Positions 13,581 to 25,423 of a stretch of 64,000 bases of DNA are shown piece after piece. The position numbers were made by a program, and so were the translations under genes. The number at the start of each line of letters is the position of its first letter. The stretch's first letter is position 1. The notes below the pieces were generated by a model. It had not been told where the DNA came from. It did no database searches and saw only the letters and a program-made list of their open reading frames with translations. Origin of the DNA: Balanoglossus misakiensis (lineage: Eukaryota > Animalia > Hemichordata); contig CM082577.2 in the NCBI GenBank assembly GCA_040954595.2, forward strand, positions 16,065,903 to 16,129,902. Direction: 5' to 3'.

Positions 13581-13800
13581 ATGCTCCAATGGGTATAAGA
13601 TGCACAGATACACAGGAAACAAAGAGATAACAAATCTGAACAGTCAAATCTGTGAACAGACGAATGCTTCCATATCTAGAATCAAAGTACAACTATCATA
13701 CATGCTGCCTGATAATTTCATCTTTCATGCTGCTCTATTTCTTGGTCTTACCAATAAAAAGGTGACATACATTAAATGCCACACTACTATAAAAGGCTAG
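13581..13800 (+). pseudogene. C-terminal exon of a KDZ/HMGXB3-like (CxC5/CxC6) transposase; truncated copy at 11675-11791
   Basis: CAACAG acceptor, then CSNGYKMHRY...LNSQICEQTNASISRIKVQLSYM..DNF..FL..TN, matching the NSQxxEQxN motif of this family. Confidence 0.55.
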
Positions 13801-15186
13801 GCTTATTTAAATATATGAATATTCATTTCGAGACATTGCCATGGAGCATATACCGTATTGTCGAATCAGGTCAAGCATGTCAAGGACAGTTCAAGAGCAG
13901 CTGTCAATATACAGTCCAGAACAATCATCGTCCTTCAAAATTGTTTGAAATTTTTGTGTTTTAGCAGAAAATTGTAAAATTTTCAATAAAGTAACCAATG
14001 AATAATATGTTATCGCTTTACCACCGTCCTTTGATTTTGACCAACGTCAAAGTTGTCAAATCGTACGCGAGACATGGGCAGACGACAATATCTGCATGTA
14101 CACGGTACAGCCTTACAGTATTAGGATGCAGTCTCTCAGACCAAACGATGATAACATTCATGATTATTTAACTTTTATTTTTGTAATTATTTTAATCGCT
14201 GCGTTATTTTTCATTGGCCAACACTGCATTTGGAGGTCATCAGTTTTCGCCAAAAAATGTGGAAACCCACTACATTTCCGTTGGACTGCAACACCGGCAG
14301 AACGAGTCAAGTTGGCAAAATATGTCCGAAAGCCAGTGCGGCAGGCATTTAGAAAGTTGGGTGCACACAATACATCCCGTTTCTGTGAAAATTGTGTAAG
14401 CATAGCACCATCAAGGAGAGAATTCACCAAATTCTACGATGACGTTCGTTGTGTGAAGGTTAGTGAAAGATTTGCTTTGTTTATGGGCCGAGGGCTGTGT
14501 GCCATTTGACCTCTGATCTTTAGAGGAAAGGACGTTGAGAAGCTTCACGTTTACCATGTTATCTTGAGCGATTTCGACTAAAAATGTGTTGTCATTGATA
14601 CGATATGCTGTTAAAAATAGACGCTATAGTATCCTTTTAACCATGCATCGATCCTAACCCTAACCCTCATTATCATCACAGTGCCGTTGCCTAAATAATA
14701 AAATGAAGAAGCTGTAGTTGACATAAAAAAAACAAAAATAGTAAAGAAAATCATCAAGAGTTTTTTTTAAGGTGCAGTACCTGTAACTTTTCATGTTTTT
14801 TTCAATAGTTTTGTTTTAATGACAACTATGGCTTCCATTTCTACTCCACAAAGCATTTTTGAAACACCCACTGAATAGCTTGCCAACACATCATCTGTTT
14901 CTTTAGAATGCTGTCTTATTATTTACATTTGACTTCTTGTTTAGACCCAATTAATTAACATTCAGTTTAAAAATGTACAGAAGTAAATTGACAAATTGAA
15001 TGGTGTGCATCTCAACATGCTTTGGGGAGAAGAACAAGAAGCTGTAGTTGACATAAAAAACAAAAATAGTAAAGAAAATCATCAAGAGTTCTCATCTACT
15101 GGCCCTTCAAGAAATTTTGTATTCAGCACATACCATGAATTTATAATTTTACACATGATTAATTTTTCTCTCAAGATATTGAAACC

Positions 15187-15701
15187 GATGTGGCATTAAC
15201 ACCAGAGGACGTGTACTGATCTGAGTGAATCAGATCCCGTGAGGAGTACGGTGCCCAGAGTACACGTATCCAGAGAAATGCCAATAGTTTTGCTGCATCT
15301 TCACCCGCCATGTTGCAAGGTCGACCTTGCTCTCCGGAAAATACGAGACTGTAGTCGAGCGAGCACGTGCGAGCGGAAAGTGGTGTTGCTACCGTCGATG
15401 AGGCGAATTAAGACATAGCGCTAACAAGTAGTGTCTGTCATGACTATCACACCAAAGGCGGTATTTACGGTAAATATAAGAAAAAAACAGGCTAAGTCGG
15501 CGAGGTCTGTACACGACGTGTCTACACTACCGAGACGCCATTTGTATCTGATCGATTTTGCATACTGGTCAGGAAGCCACGCCTTACAGCCTCGTTCACG
15601 GATGACCTGTTTCATTCAACATTGTAGTGATGCATATGCATATGATGTGGCGTGCATTTAGGCCACTGTCGAATAAGGGATAGTTCAAAAAATACTTCCA
15701 G
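15187..15701 (+). repeat. ~515-bp dispersed direct repeat, copy 1
   Basis: GATGTGGCATTAACACC...AAAATACTTCCAG recurs at +3492 with scattered substitutions. Confidence 0.92.
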
Positions 15702-17650
15702 GGGGGGTATAGATTTTTGCATGAAAATTCTTATGCCTCAATGTGAAGGAATGTTTTCAGTGGTACATTTGTGTGTCAAACTGTCTTTTTAAAAATTTCT
15801 ACATTTTGGGGAACGAGCTTGGACAAGGATGAATGGGTAAAAATGGCAGTGATGCTATAAATTAAAATATAAAAGATTATTAATAAAAACACATACAAGT
15901 GATGAAATGTATGTCCCTAACATTGCCGAGTCACATAGTCATTTTCATACCGCCTAGGAATGTTTGGTATACTTGAACGTTACTTCACCATGGCGAGAAT
16001 GAATTGGTATCAGACTATGTGATGTCAGAAATTTGGACAGCTGAGTACATACTAAACCGCCACTGCTGAGTAATTTGATCAGGCCACAATGATCATAAAC
16101 AGTGGATACAGGAAAATTGAGGCAACCAACCCCTTCAAAATACACACATAGCAACTAAGCGAAGATACCAAATTGGTATTCCAGTGCCATACGTATTTTT
16201 GTAGACTTGGGACATCAACTGGCTATGACATCCAGTGGCGTAAAGGGTTAAACAAAAAACAATATATGACATATTACAGGCTGCCTGGGGCTACAATAAG
16301 CAGCAGCTTATATTGAGCAACTTGAAAAGTAAATTAGTTTATTATCCATCCATAAATTGTGTGCTTCAAATTAAAGCTTCCATTTAATACGTCAGAGAAA
16401 CAATCTATTTGTAATCTTTCTTGGATTGTGTGTAATGATTTTATTTGTATTCCCAACGATCCATATCATTAGGCAGTGAAACAGTTATTTGGTACTTTTT
16501 CGTGCACTCTCAAGATGAATCTTGAAATAACTTCCATATAATTAGGCAGTCAAACAGCAATTTAATAATTTTTCCGCATTCCCCAAATGCACCTTTAAAT
16601 AGCATCCAAACATATCAGGCCTTTATACACAATGAAGACAGCTACCTCTTACAAATTTAAACATGATCAGCATCTTTTCTTCTCAGTGAATAAAGAAACA
16701 TGTTGGTTATGTTTGGTGGATACTGTGTAAAGATTTCCTAAAAAAAAGCATTCTCAAGGGACAAACTGAAACAGTATACAACACAAAAGCAGGCAAACAG
16801 CTTATTCTCACCAAGTACAACATTACAGATAAAGACATTTTGTAAGGAATATACTCAAAGTACAAAAGGGCCTCCACTTCTTTACATACATGTAAAGCTA
16901 CAGTATTAATTTCCTCTGCTCTTTCCGAAGCAAAATCTAGTCTGTATATCTGCCTGAGTGCTTCTACTACAAGCCTAAATAGAAACATTTTGACTGTACG
17001 AAATAAGTACATGTATGTACAATTTACACTGTGAGTGTGGGATTTAACCCTAGCTCATAATTTCATAAAATGTCATGTCAAACTGCACTATACCTAATAA
17101 TAGTATGCCATGCCGACGTCTAGCTCTGTATTGTGCCTCTTTCGCTGAGAGGGGCGGCGGCCGTTGAAATATGATGCGGACGCCCGGGAAGTAAACAGGC
17201 ACTTGAAATGGATGCCGCCCGCCCATGTCCTCGCCCCTCGCCGCTCCTAGCAGATCCCCCCATTCGCTCTCCCCTGTGACAGCACAAGTCCACGAGCACC
17301 TGTGCCCTCGCTATGCTATCCTAGCAGGCGAAATCCTCAAAAATAGCGTAGACGCCAGAATCACAATTAAATATTTCACAAAAGCACTGGTGAAAAAAAT
17401 TTTCTTGTTGACCCGGTAGCAAGTTTGACTCATGCTTTCTTGTTTTGAATTGACAGGATATCCCCAAACAGCGTATTTGACCCCAAAATTTACATTTAAA
17501 AAGAAAAGGTCGTGATTTTCTTAACAAAAGGCGGGTAAATAGGTGAGTGGCGCGGCTTTCCGGGCGCGTCATTGGTCAGATCGCGTTCTACAGATTAATG
17601 ATATGTTAATTTTTACGCTAATAAGCAACTCCTAATGTAGGTCATGACTG

Positions 17651-18510
17651 AATAATTCGGCACCTAATCATAAAGCTGCTAATAATTCAGCACCAAATTT
17701 TTCACCTACTAATAATGAGGCACCTAATCATAACGCTGCTAAAATAATTCAGCATCAAATATTTTACCTACTAATAATTCGGCACCTAATCATAAAGCTG
17801 CTAAAATAATTCAGCATCAAATATTTTACCTACTAATAATTCAGCACCTAATCATAAAGCTGCTAATAATTCAGCACCAAATTTTTCACCTACTAATAAT
17901 GCGGCACCTAATCATAACGCTGCTAAAATAATTCAGCATCAAATATTTTACCTACTGATAATTCGGCACCTAATCATAAAGCTGCTAAAATAATTCAGCA
18001 TCAAATATTTTACCTACTAATAATTCGGCACCTAATTATAACGCTGCTAAAATAATTCAGCATCAAATATTTCACCTACTAATAATTCGGCACCTAATCA
18101 TAACGCTGCTAAAATAATTCAGCATCCAATTTTTTATCTACTAATAATTCGGCACCTAATCATAACGCTGCTAAAATAATTCAGCATCAAATATTTTACC
18201 TACTAATAATTCGGCACCTAATCATAACGCTGCTAAAATAATTCAGCATCAAATATTTTACCTACTAATAATTCGGCACCTAATCATAAAGCTGCTAATA
18301 ATTCAGCACCAAATTTTTCACCTACTAATAATGCGGCACCTAATCATAACGCTGCTAAAATAATTCAGCATCAAATATTTTACCTACTGATAATTCGGCA
18401 CCTAATCATAAAGCTGCTAAAATAATTCAGCATCAAATATTTTACCTACTAATAATTCGGCACCTAATTATAAAGCTTTGAAAAATTCAGCGCTAAATCG
18501 TTTACCTGCT
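17651..18510 (+). repeat. Minisatellite of 60-62-bp dimers of two related ~30-bp monomers (about 14 units)
   Basis: Alternating AATAATTCGGCACCTAATCATAA(A/C)GCTGCT and (AA)AATAATTCAGCA(T/C)CAAAT(A/T)TTT(T/C)ACCTACT. Confidence 0.95.
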
Positions 18511-18678
18511 TATAATTGAGCACATAATTGCTAATATTAATCAGCACATATCTATGCAAATATAAAATGTTTAGCAAATAATGATAAAAATAGTCAATAA
18601 TACTAAATAGCAAAAAGCATTAATCGAATTATTTAGTTTTGGCGGGGATCTCACCCCATAGCTATGCGCTCCAAAACT

Positions 18679-19193
18679 GATGTGGCATTAACACCAGAGG
18701 ACGTGTACTGATCTGAGTGAATCAGATCCCGTGAGGAGTACGGTGCCCAGAGTACACGTATCCAGAGAAATGCCAATAGTTTTGCTACAACTTCGCCCGC
18801 CATGTTACAAGGTCGACCTTGCTCTCCGGAAAATACGAGACTGTAGTCGAGCGAGCAAGTTCAAGCGGATGGTGGTGTTGCTATCGTCGATGAGGCGAAT
18901 TAAGACATAGCGCTAATGAATAGTGTCTGTCATGACTATCACACAAAAACCGTCCTTTACGGTAAATATAAGAAAAAAACAGGCTAAGTCGGCGAGGTCT
19001 GTACACGACGTGTCTACACTACCGAGAAGCCATTTGTATCTGATCGATTTTGCATACTGGTCAGGAAGCCACGCCTTACAGCCTCGTTCGCGGATGACCT
19101 GTTTCATTCAACATTGTAGTGATGCATATGCATATGATGTGGCGTGCATTTAGGCCACTGTCGAATAAGGGATAGTTCAAAAAATACTTCCAG
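18679..19193 (+). repeat. ~515-bp dispersed direct repeat, copy 2
   Basis: Homologous to 15187-15701. Confidence 0.92.
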
Positions 19194-19909
19194 TGGAGGG
19201 GTGGAGGATTTCCAGGGGGCATAGATGTTTGCATTAAAAATGTTAAGCCTCAATGGGATATGTCCTCGTGAATGTGAAGGATTTTTTTCACTGGCACTAC
19301 CTACAAAACTTTATTTCACTCTCCCTGTTAGAATTCCTATAATACCCACAGCAAAATGCAGATTGAGCAAAAGTAATCAAAAACTACATAATAGAAATAA
19401 GAAATTCAATTGTTTGTTGGTGTTTATATTATACTCTGAAAAAGTTGCTGCTCTTGGTGTCTCAATTATACTTCGGTGCAGTCGACGATGTGTCTGCAGA
19501 TATTTTGCGTTTGAAATTTGATGGGCAAATGTTGAACTGGTATTTCTTTCGGGGATTATTTATGAGAAATTTAAAATTCTTTGGATTGTGTTTATTATTT
19601 TGCTCACAGAAAGGACTTACCGAAACGAACAACACTTCCCAGTCGTAATTTCATATTATACCCAGGATTCAGAGTGGTCCTAAAATATGCCAATAAGTTA
19701 TTTTGGATGATTTGTCCTTTAACATAGCTGTCCATTGCGATTAGGCAACCCTGCGGAAACCTTAAAGTTTACATTCTTATTTTACATCTAGCGCAGTTGG
19801 TTGTTGATTGGTCGTTTATCCAGATCTTGACACGTCTGTTGTGTGACATCCTGCGTCCACCTTTACGACGACCACCAACCATATACAACCTGCTTTTTTT
19901 TTCTCAAAC

Positions 19910-20168
19910 GATGATGGTATTGGCCGAGGTAATGGCGTAGATGTTTGGACATCATTACAAGGACGTCCGCGCCATTTCTGGATGTTAACTGGAGAAACCA
20001 TTCAATCGATGGAAGCTATTATACATGACCTGGAACCGAATTTTATTCGTCATCTTGCCATGGATTCAAGAAATCATTTTCTTCTCACTTTTATTTGGCT
20101 ACGGCATTTATTCTACTCTAGACTTACTGGCAGAATGGTTTGTGGTAAGCAACACGACTGTTCAAAGT
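19910..20168 (+). pseudogene. PIF/Harbinger (ISL2EU-like) transposase N-terminal HTH fragment
   Basis: FWMLTGET...RNHFLLTFIWLRH/YSTLDLLAEWFVVSNTTVQ across one frameshift resembles HTH_Tnp_4. It is cut off by the hairpin element at 20170. Confidence 0.55.
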
Positions 20169-20213
20169 GAACACCTATTGCCTGGCCATGAGGGCCATAG
20201 CGGCCGTTTATTA

Positions 20214-22110
20214 TGGAGTGTAATTCATTCCAAGATTAGCACCCAGCTTTTCGATGAGAGTACGTCAGCTTTTCGATGAGAGCACCCTCTTTTCGATGAG
20301 AGTACGTCAGCTTTTCGATTAGAGTATTCACTTTTCGATGAGAACACCCTCTTTTCGATGAGAGTACCTCAGCTTTTCGATTAGAGTATTCACTTTTCGA
20401 TGAGAACACCCTCTTTTCGATGAGAGTACCTCAGCTTTTCGATAAGAGCACCTAGCTTCTTGATCAGAGTTACCATCCCACTTTTCGATCAGAGTACCCG
20501 CTTTTCGATCAGAGCACCAAGCTTTTCGATGAGAGTATTCAGGTCTACTGGGGTGGGCTTAGGGGGTCTTATAGCGGTGACCCGGAAGTTTAAAGTTTTG
20601 AAACTTTGACAGTGTGGACGCCCAATTTGTTTGCCGTTGCGTCGTGGACGTAGCCCAGTGATCAAATGCACGGGTTGGATTTTACAAGAAAATACTTGTG
20701 TCCGGGGCCGCACTTGCGTTTGTGTGTCTCTGGGGACGCCAAGAATGCATATGCTTCTTTTTCTAATTTGAATATTTTAAATGGGTTAATTTAATGCTTA
20801 CAAATTGATACATTTTAGGTCTGCTTTGACTGGAACGCGTCAAGTGTACATGTTGTTATGGAAGTTTATTTTAGAACCGCTCGTGGCTTGCCCTTCAAAA
20901 AAAAGCTTCTGTCATTTTTTGGCTGTCCGATCGGGCAAGTATTTAATGTTGACAATTTACTTGCCGTGTATCATTATATAGTTGCTCCGGGCAATCGGGC
21001 GAAGCTTAATTTCGACCCCTGTTAAATAAATATACAAAACTCTTAAGCCCTAGTAACTAACTTTAAGCGATTTTTCAACTGTTTTTTTTTTCTTTTAGAA
21101 TTTGTTTTCTTCGCGCAGACGATTCATGCCAAACTGCTACAGTGAATATACGCGCGCGCACAACGAAACCACAAAAGATCGAAACCTCAAAATGCGGCAG
21201 CAACTGACACTATTTCCTTAAATACCACAAGGCGGGGAGGCATGAATTGCAATTAAGATAATAAAGAAATTTCGACAATGATACTGTGTTGTGTGAGTTA
21301 CATGTGTTTCTATATATAACTACTACTCTTACCCCCCATCAGTGTTTGACCCTCGAAAGCTTACGGACACTACTGCTTTGTTTCAACTAATCCTTCGCCC
21401 TGTGAATATACTCGTACATTGACCTTTTGGGGCGGGATTCTTTTTTGGCGCGCAACCACTAGTACCAGGCCCCAGACCAGGAACTGGCGACCCGCCGTTT
21501 GTTTCCAAATTTGTTTCTAATGTTGAATTTCCGAGAAAACAATTTATCTGACCTGTAGTTTTCTTGGCTCGCTTACGTTTTAATTTGGAAACTTTTAAAA
21601 AAATCATACGCCACCGTCTTGATGACTGGCCCCTACTTTAATAATGGTATCGCCATGTTTCGTTGTTTCGCGGTTTCGTTGTTTCGCAAAGTATAACTAG
21701 CTCAGATTCCATGAACTCGAGATTCTATGCTATTTTCCTCAATCTACTGGCCGGCGTTTCCCACGCACATGGTCAAAGTTTGACCTTCCGGTTTACTGAT
21801 CTCCCTAGCATATTACTATTAATTTGATGGAAATTCCAGTGACGCGTTGTGACGTAGCCATGACGCGTTGTGACGTAGGCAAAACGCCAGCGGGCCGAGT
21901 TGTAAAAACTCTTCAGTGAACTAGGCGTCTGGGGTGCTCTCATCGAAAAGAGGGGCGCTCTTTAATCGAAAAGAGGGTGTTATCATCGAAAAGCTGAGGT
22001 ACTCTCATCGAAAAGAGGGTGTTCTCATCGAAAAGTGAATACTCTAAACGAAAAGCTGACGTACTCTCACCGAAAAGCTTGGTGCTAATTTTGGCATGAA
22101 TTACACTCCA
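20214..22110. mobile_element. Non-autonomous TIR DNA transposon with inverted subterminal minisatellites
   Basis: TIR TGGAGTGTAATTCATTCCAAGATTAGCACC / GGTGCTAATTTTGGCATGAATTACACTCCA with TA on both sides. 20-22-bp CTTTTCGATGAGA repeats lie at 20245-20540 and, inverted, at 21935-22080. Confidence 0.85.
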
Positions 22111-22112
22111 TA

Positions 22113-22280
22113 GTCCTACGGCCTCGGGAAATAGCATATGATTCTGGTAACTCAAAGCCACGAGGGGGTAAAAACGGCTGCTATGGCCCGAATATAGGCC
22201 AGGCTATAGGTGTTTTATAATAAACCTCATGCTAACAGTTTGGGAAATCATGCAATTTTCTCTTGAGGTTGGCAGACGAC
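22113..22280 (+). repeat. Right arm and flank of hairpin family 3 (left-arm start at 20170-20213)
   Basis: Homologous to 54100-54250. 20170-20213 matches 54004-54046. Confidence 0.85.
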
Positions 22281-22666
22281 ATCTTCAGCAGTGCACTGTA
22301 AATTTAGATGTTCAAAAATGGAACACAAATTGCACGCCTTTTTGTAACACTTTTTGAACGCGTCTGGATGTTCAGAATGTTAACACTACGTGTTCAAATA
22401 TGTTTAACACCAATATTCAATTCATGAACACACGTGTACAAATTTTGAACACTACATGTTTATCATCCAATTATATTGAACACTGTGGTGTTCTGCGGCT
22501 GAACACACATTGCACACCGGAAGGTGTTCAAAAATTGAACGCATTTACGCGTTCAAGGGGATGTAACACTTTTTGAACGTATTTACGCCATTCAACGAAA
22601 AATGTGTTAAAATGTAGAACACTTAAATGTTAAAGCTGAACACCTTCAGTACATCTTCAATTTTAA

Positions 22667-24631
22667 AGAGCCTATCTTACCTCGAAACACACTTTTGAGG
22701 ATAAATAATAATTGGGCTTGTGTGTTAAATGCTGGTGTCCTTTTACTTATTTCATGTGGATAAATAAATGTTAAATTTAAAAATGTTCAGGGCCTGAGAA
22801 AAAAGTTCTGTTTTGGCCACGCCCATTTCCGTGACGTCACAAGAGGAACCATTTACGTTTGCAACAGACTTAGCACTGTACATTGCAGTGGTTGAATTGC
22901 AACCATACATGCCTGTGATCTAAACGGCTTTGCTGTGTCTGCCTGGGTACAACTCTGTATCCCCCGTACCCTTCAAAATAAACGTACATATGTCTACCTT
23001 ATCATCTAGGGGAGATGCGATTATGAAAAAAAAAACTCGGCCCGGTTAGGCTACGGCTTCGCATTGCAAGCAGTACACAACATGCAATGGCAGCGGATGT
23101 GTATAGGCACCTTAAGCTTACACATACAATGATTGCTGCCTCGATTAAACCGTGGAATATAGCCCAGATGTTTAGGTCTAGAGTGTTGGGACTAAATCTA
23201 CTTATCTTGGACAATGTCAACTTATTGATAACTGATCGTGGTCTTTTTGGCGATTTTCAATGACTGCCTTAACAGACAAAATACGCGTGTGTTATTGTAC
23301 AAGGTCAAGGGAACTCCATCAGCGCCGATCGGCAGCGATGACACATATCGCGCCGCGATGTATATTTACTACCAGCACTAAAATTCTGTCTTTTGAATTA
23401 CATGTAAGCTATGCCTTTTTGGTGATGACAAACAGAAACATTTATGACTTGTCGCTGTAATCATGGAAGTACCTTGACATGCTTCATACTGCATTATAAC
23501 AAAATGAAACCATACAACCAACAGCAACAGGCGATCATGCCAGGCCGACCCACTCACGCTCACAAAGCATGAAACATTTTCATTGATACACACGAATATC
23601 TAAGTTTGGAAACAGTTTTCACTCACACGAGGCAAAATTTATTCAACATATTTTGTTTCAAAATTTGTACAGTGTGTTTTGGAGCCGATGAGTCGGACAT
23701 AGCGCGACGTAAAACTTGTAAACAAAGAAATTAGAAAAGAAAGATGGCGACCATTCAGCCGAAGCCATACAAAGGTACGACTGAAAAAAAACGTGAAATA
23801 GTAACGGTAATATTTTGAACGTTCAAGTTTTTACATCGATTGCTGTCAACCTTAATTATCGTAGTTTGCGGTCACTGGGTACCGGTTAGCCAGACGGAAG
23901 CGTGAATAATAATAAACAATCTCAACATGATGTCGGCCAACGCAAAATTGTGTTTACGCATCCTGCCAGTTCACCTACTACATGTACTACTTGTCTACAG
24001 TACTGTGTAAATCGCGGTCGCTGGAACATTGTATGAACACCAATACCGGGCATAAACGATCTGTTGGTCGACCTCTCCTGCTGACAGGCTTCTATTTTCC
24101 TGTATGGGTGGGGATTGTCTTCTCGTGATTCGAACCTGGCCGATTATCGTTCAACCATGGTTCAACGGTCATGCATTGACAGTTACGGCCGCGGCCGTCA
24201 CCGGTGCCGCGCCGGCTTCATATCCACCGTACGATGTTGATGATCGTGGCATAGACTTTCATTCGTTTTTGTGGAACTCACACGGGTGACTCCCGTCTAG
24301 GTAATGTGTTGCTGCAACCACGGCAAACAACTCCTTTCCCCATTGTGGTATTACACAGAAAAGCACGAAAACACCGTATGACACCTGTGAGCATCGCTAA
24401 AGCTGGTCTACCTGACCGGTTCCTCTTGTGACGTCACGTCACGTGACCAAAATGCAGCAAATCTGAACTCGGACTTTTCAGGACGGGGTGGATTTTGAAG
24501 CATTTTATGAGAACAAAACAAATATTATAGAAATCGATACCCGAAAAATATTGTCACTTTTGGAAAATAGTATATTTCTTTTGAACATTTTTTAACCTTC
24601 TGATAAGATTTAAAAAGGCAAGATATGCTCT
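22667..24631. mobile_element. Kolobok-type non-autonomous element nested in the EnSpm
   Basis: TTAA on both sides, TIR AGAGCCTATCTTACCT vs AGAGCATATCTTGCCT (14/16), and an internal inverted motif GTGACGTCACAAGAGGAACC at ~22831 and ~24419. Possible decayed THAP start on the minus strand near 24345. Confidence 0.8.
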
Positions 24632-25423
24632 TTAAGGTGTTCAAGGGGTGTTCAAGATTCAAGATAATAAAACAGACCAGTGATATTCTCTGAAATGAAG
24701 ATTTATTAAGAAAATAAAAAGATCTCTTGAATAAAATACAAGTAAACTTCTGTAAATAAACAAATAAATAAATATGAACATTTTTCTGTTAGTTACATGC
24801 ACACACCAACAGTGTGAACACCTCTTCTTTAAAAATAAACAGGAAAATCCAAATAAACATAGTGAAACACTTTAGAAAAATATAGCTACAGGCAGCAATG
24901 GTGGGGCCCAAGCTTGACTGGCACATGGGGTCAGTGAGGTCAACATAAGTCAAGGGGATCATGGGGTAACCAAGATGTATGCTTCATCCCACCAAATATG
25001 TAGTCTGTAGTTCACAAAAAAGTTATATCAAGGTAAAAAGGTCATGAAGGTCACAGGATAGCACTTTAAAACAGATTTCCTTGTCTAACAGTCTTTCAAA
25101 AACAACATTTGTTTGTAAATACTTCCATGATAAACATCTGAAATATATCACAGAATAACGATGCATATTAAAAATCTAATTTTGCCTTCTTTTCATTTGA
25201 TGCACAATCTGGTTCAAATATGTGTCACAACTGAAAGTCATTTTTAAGGAAACATGTTGTTTGGAACTTCTTGCAACAAGCTAAGTACATGTACTAACAA
25301 TTTAAACACCAATATAGAAAATTTACCAAACAGTTGTTAATCCTGACCAAAAACACACAAAAAATCTTATCACAATGCAGTTTGTTTATTTGTATGTGTT
25401 TATCAAGCTGGTTTTCAGTGAGC

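Larger units (their letters stand above)
9886..13697 (+). repeat. Tandem duplication of a 1906-bp unit (9886-11791 and 11792-13697)
   Basis: Identical ORFs recur at an offset of 1906 (10217/12123, 10473/12379, 11109/13015). I saw only about 2 substitutions by eye. Confidence 0.97.

Noticed and set aside
14096-14509. 137-aa ORF with CGNP...FCENC
   Set aside because: Possibly a transposon N-terminal zinc-binding exon, but no family or downstream exons could be supported.
17651-18510. CRISPR-like array
   Set aside because: The intervening units are themselves repeated, so there are no unique spacers. The context is eukaryotic and has no cas genes.
15189-19192. LTR retrotransposon or TRIM bounded by the 515-bp repeats
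   Set aside because: TG...CA ends can be drawn, but there is no target duplication, PBS, PPT or retroelement coding remnant.
20245-20540. CRISPR or iteron array
   Set aside because: Contiguous 20-22-bp monomers mirrored at the other end of a TIR element; these are subterminal repeats.
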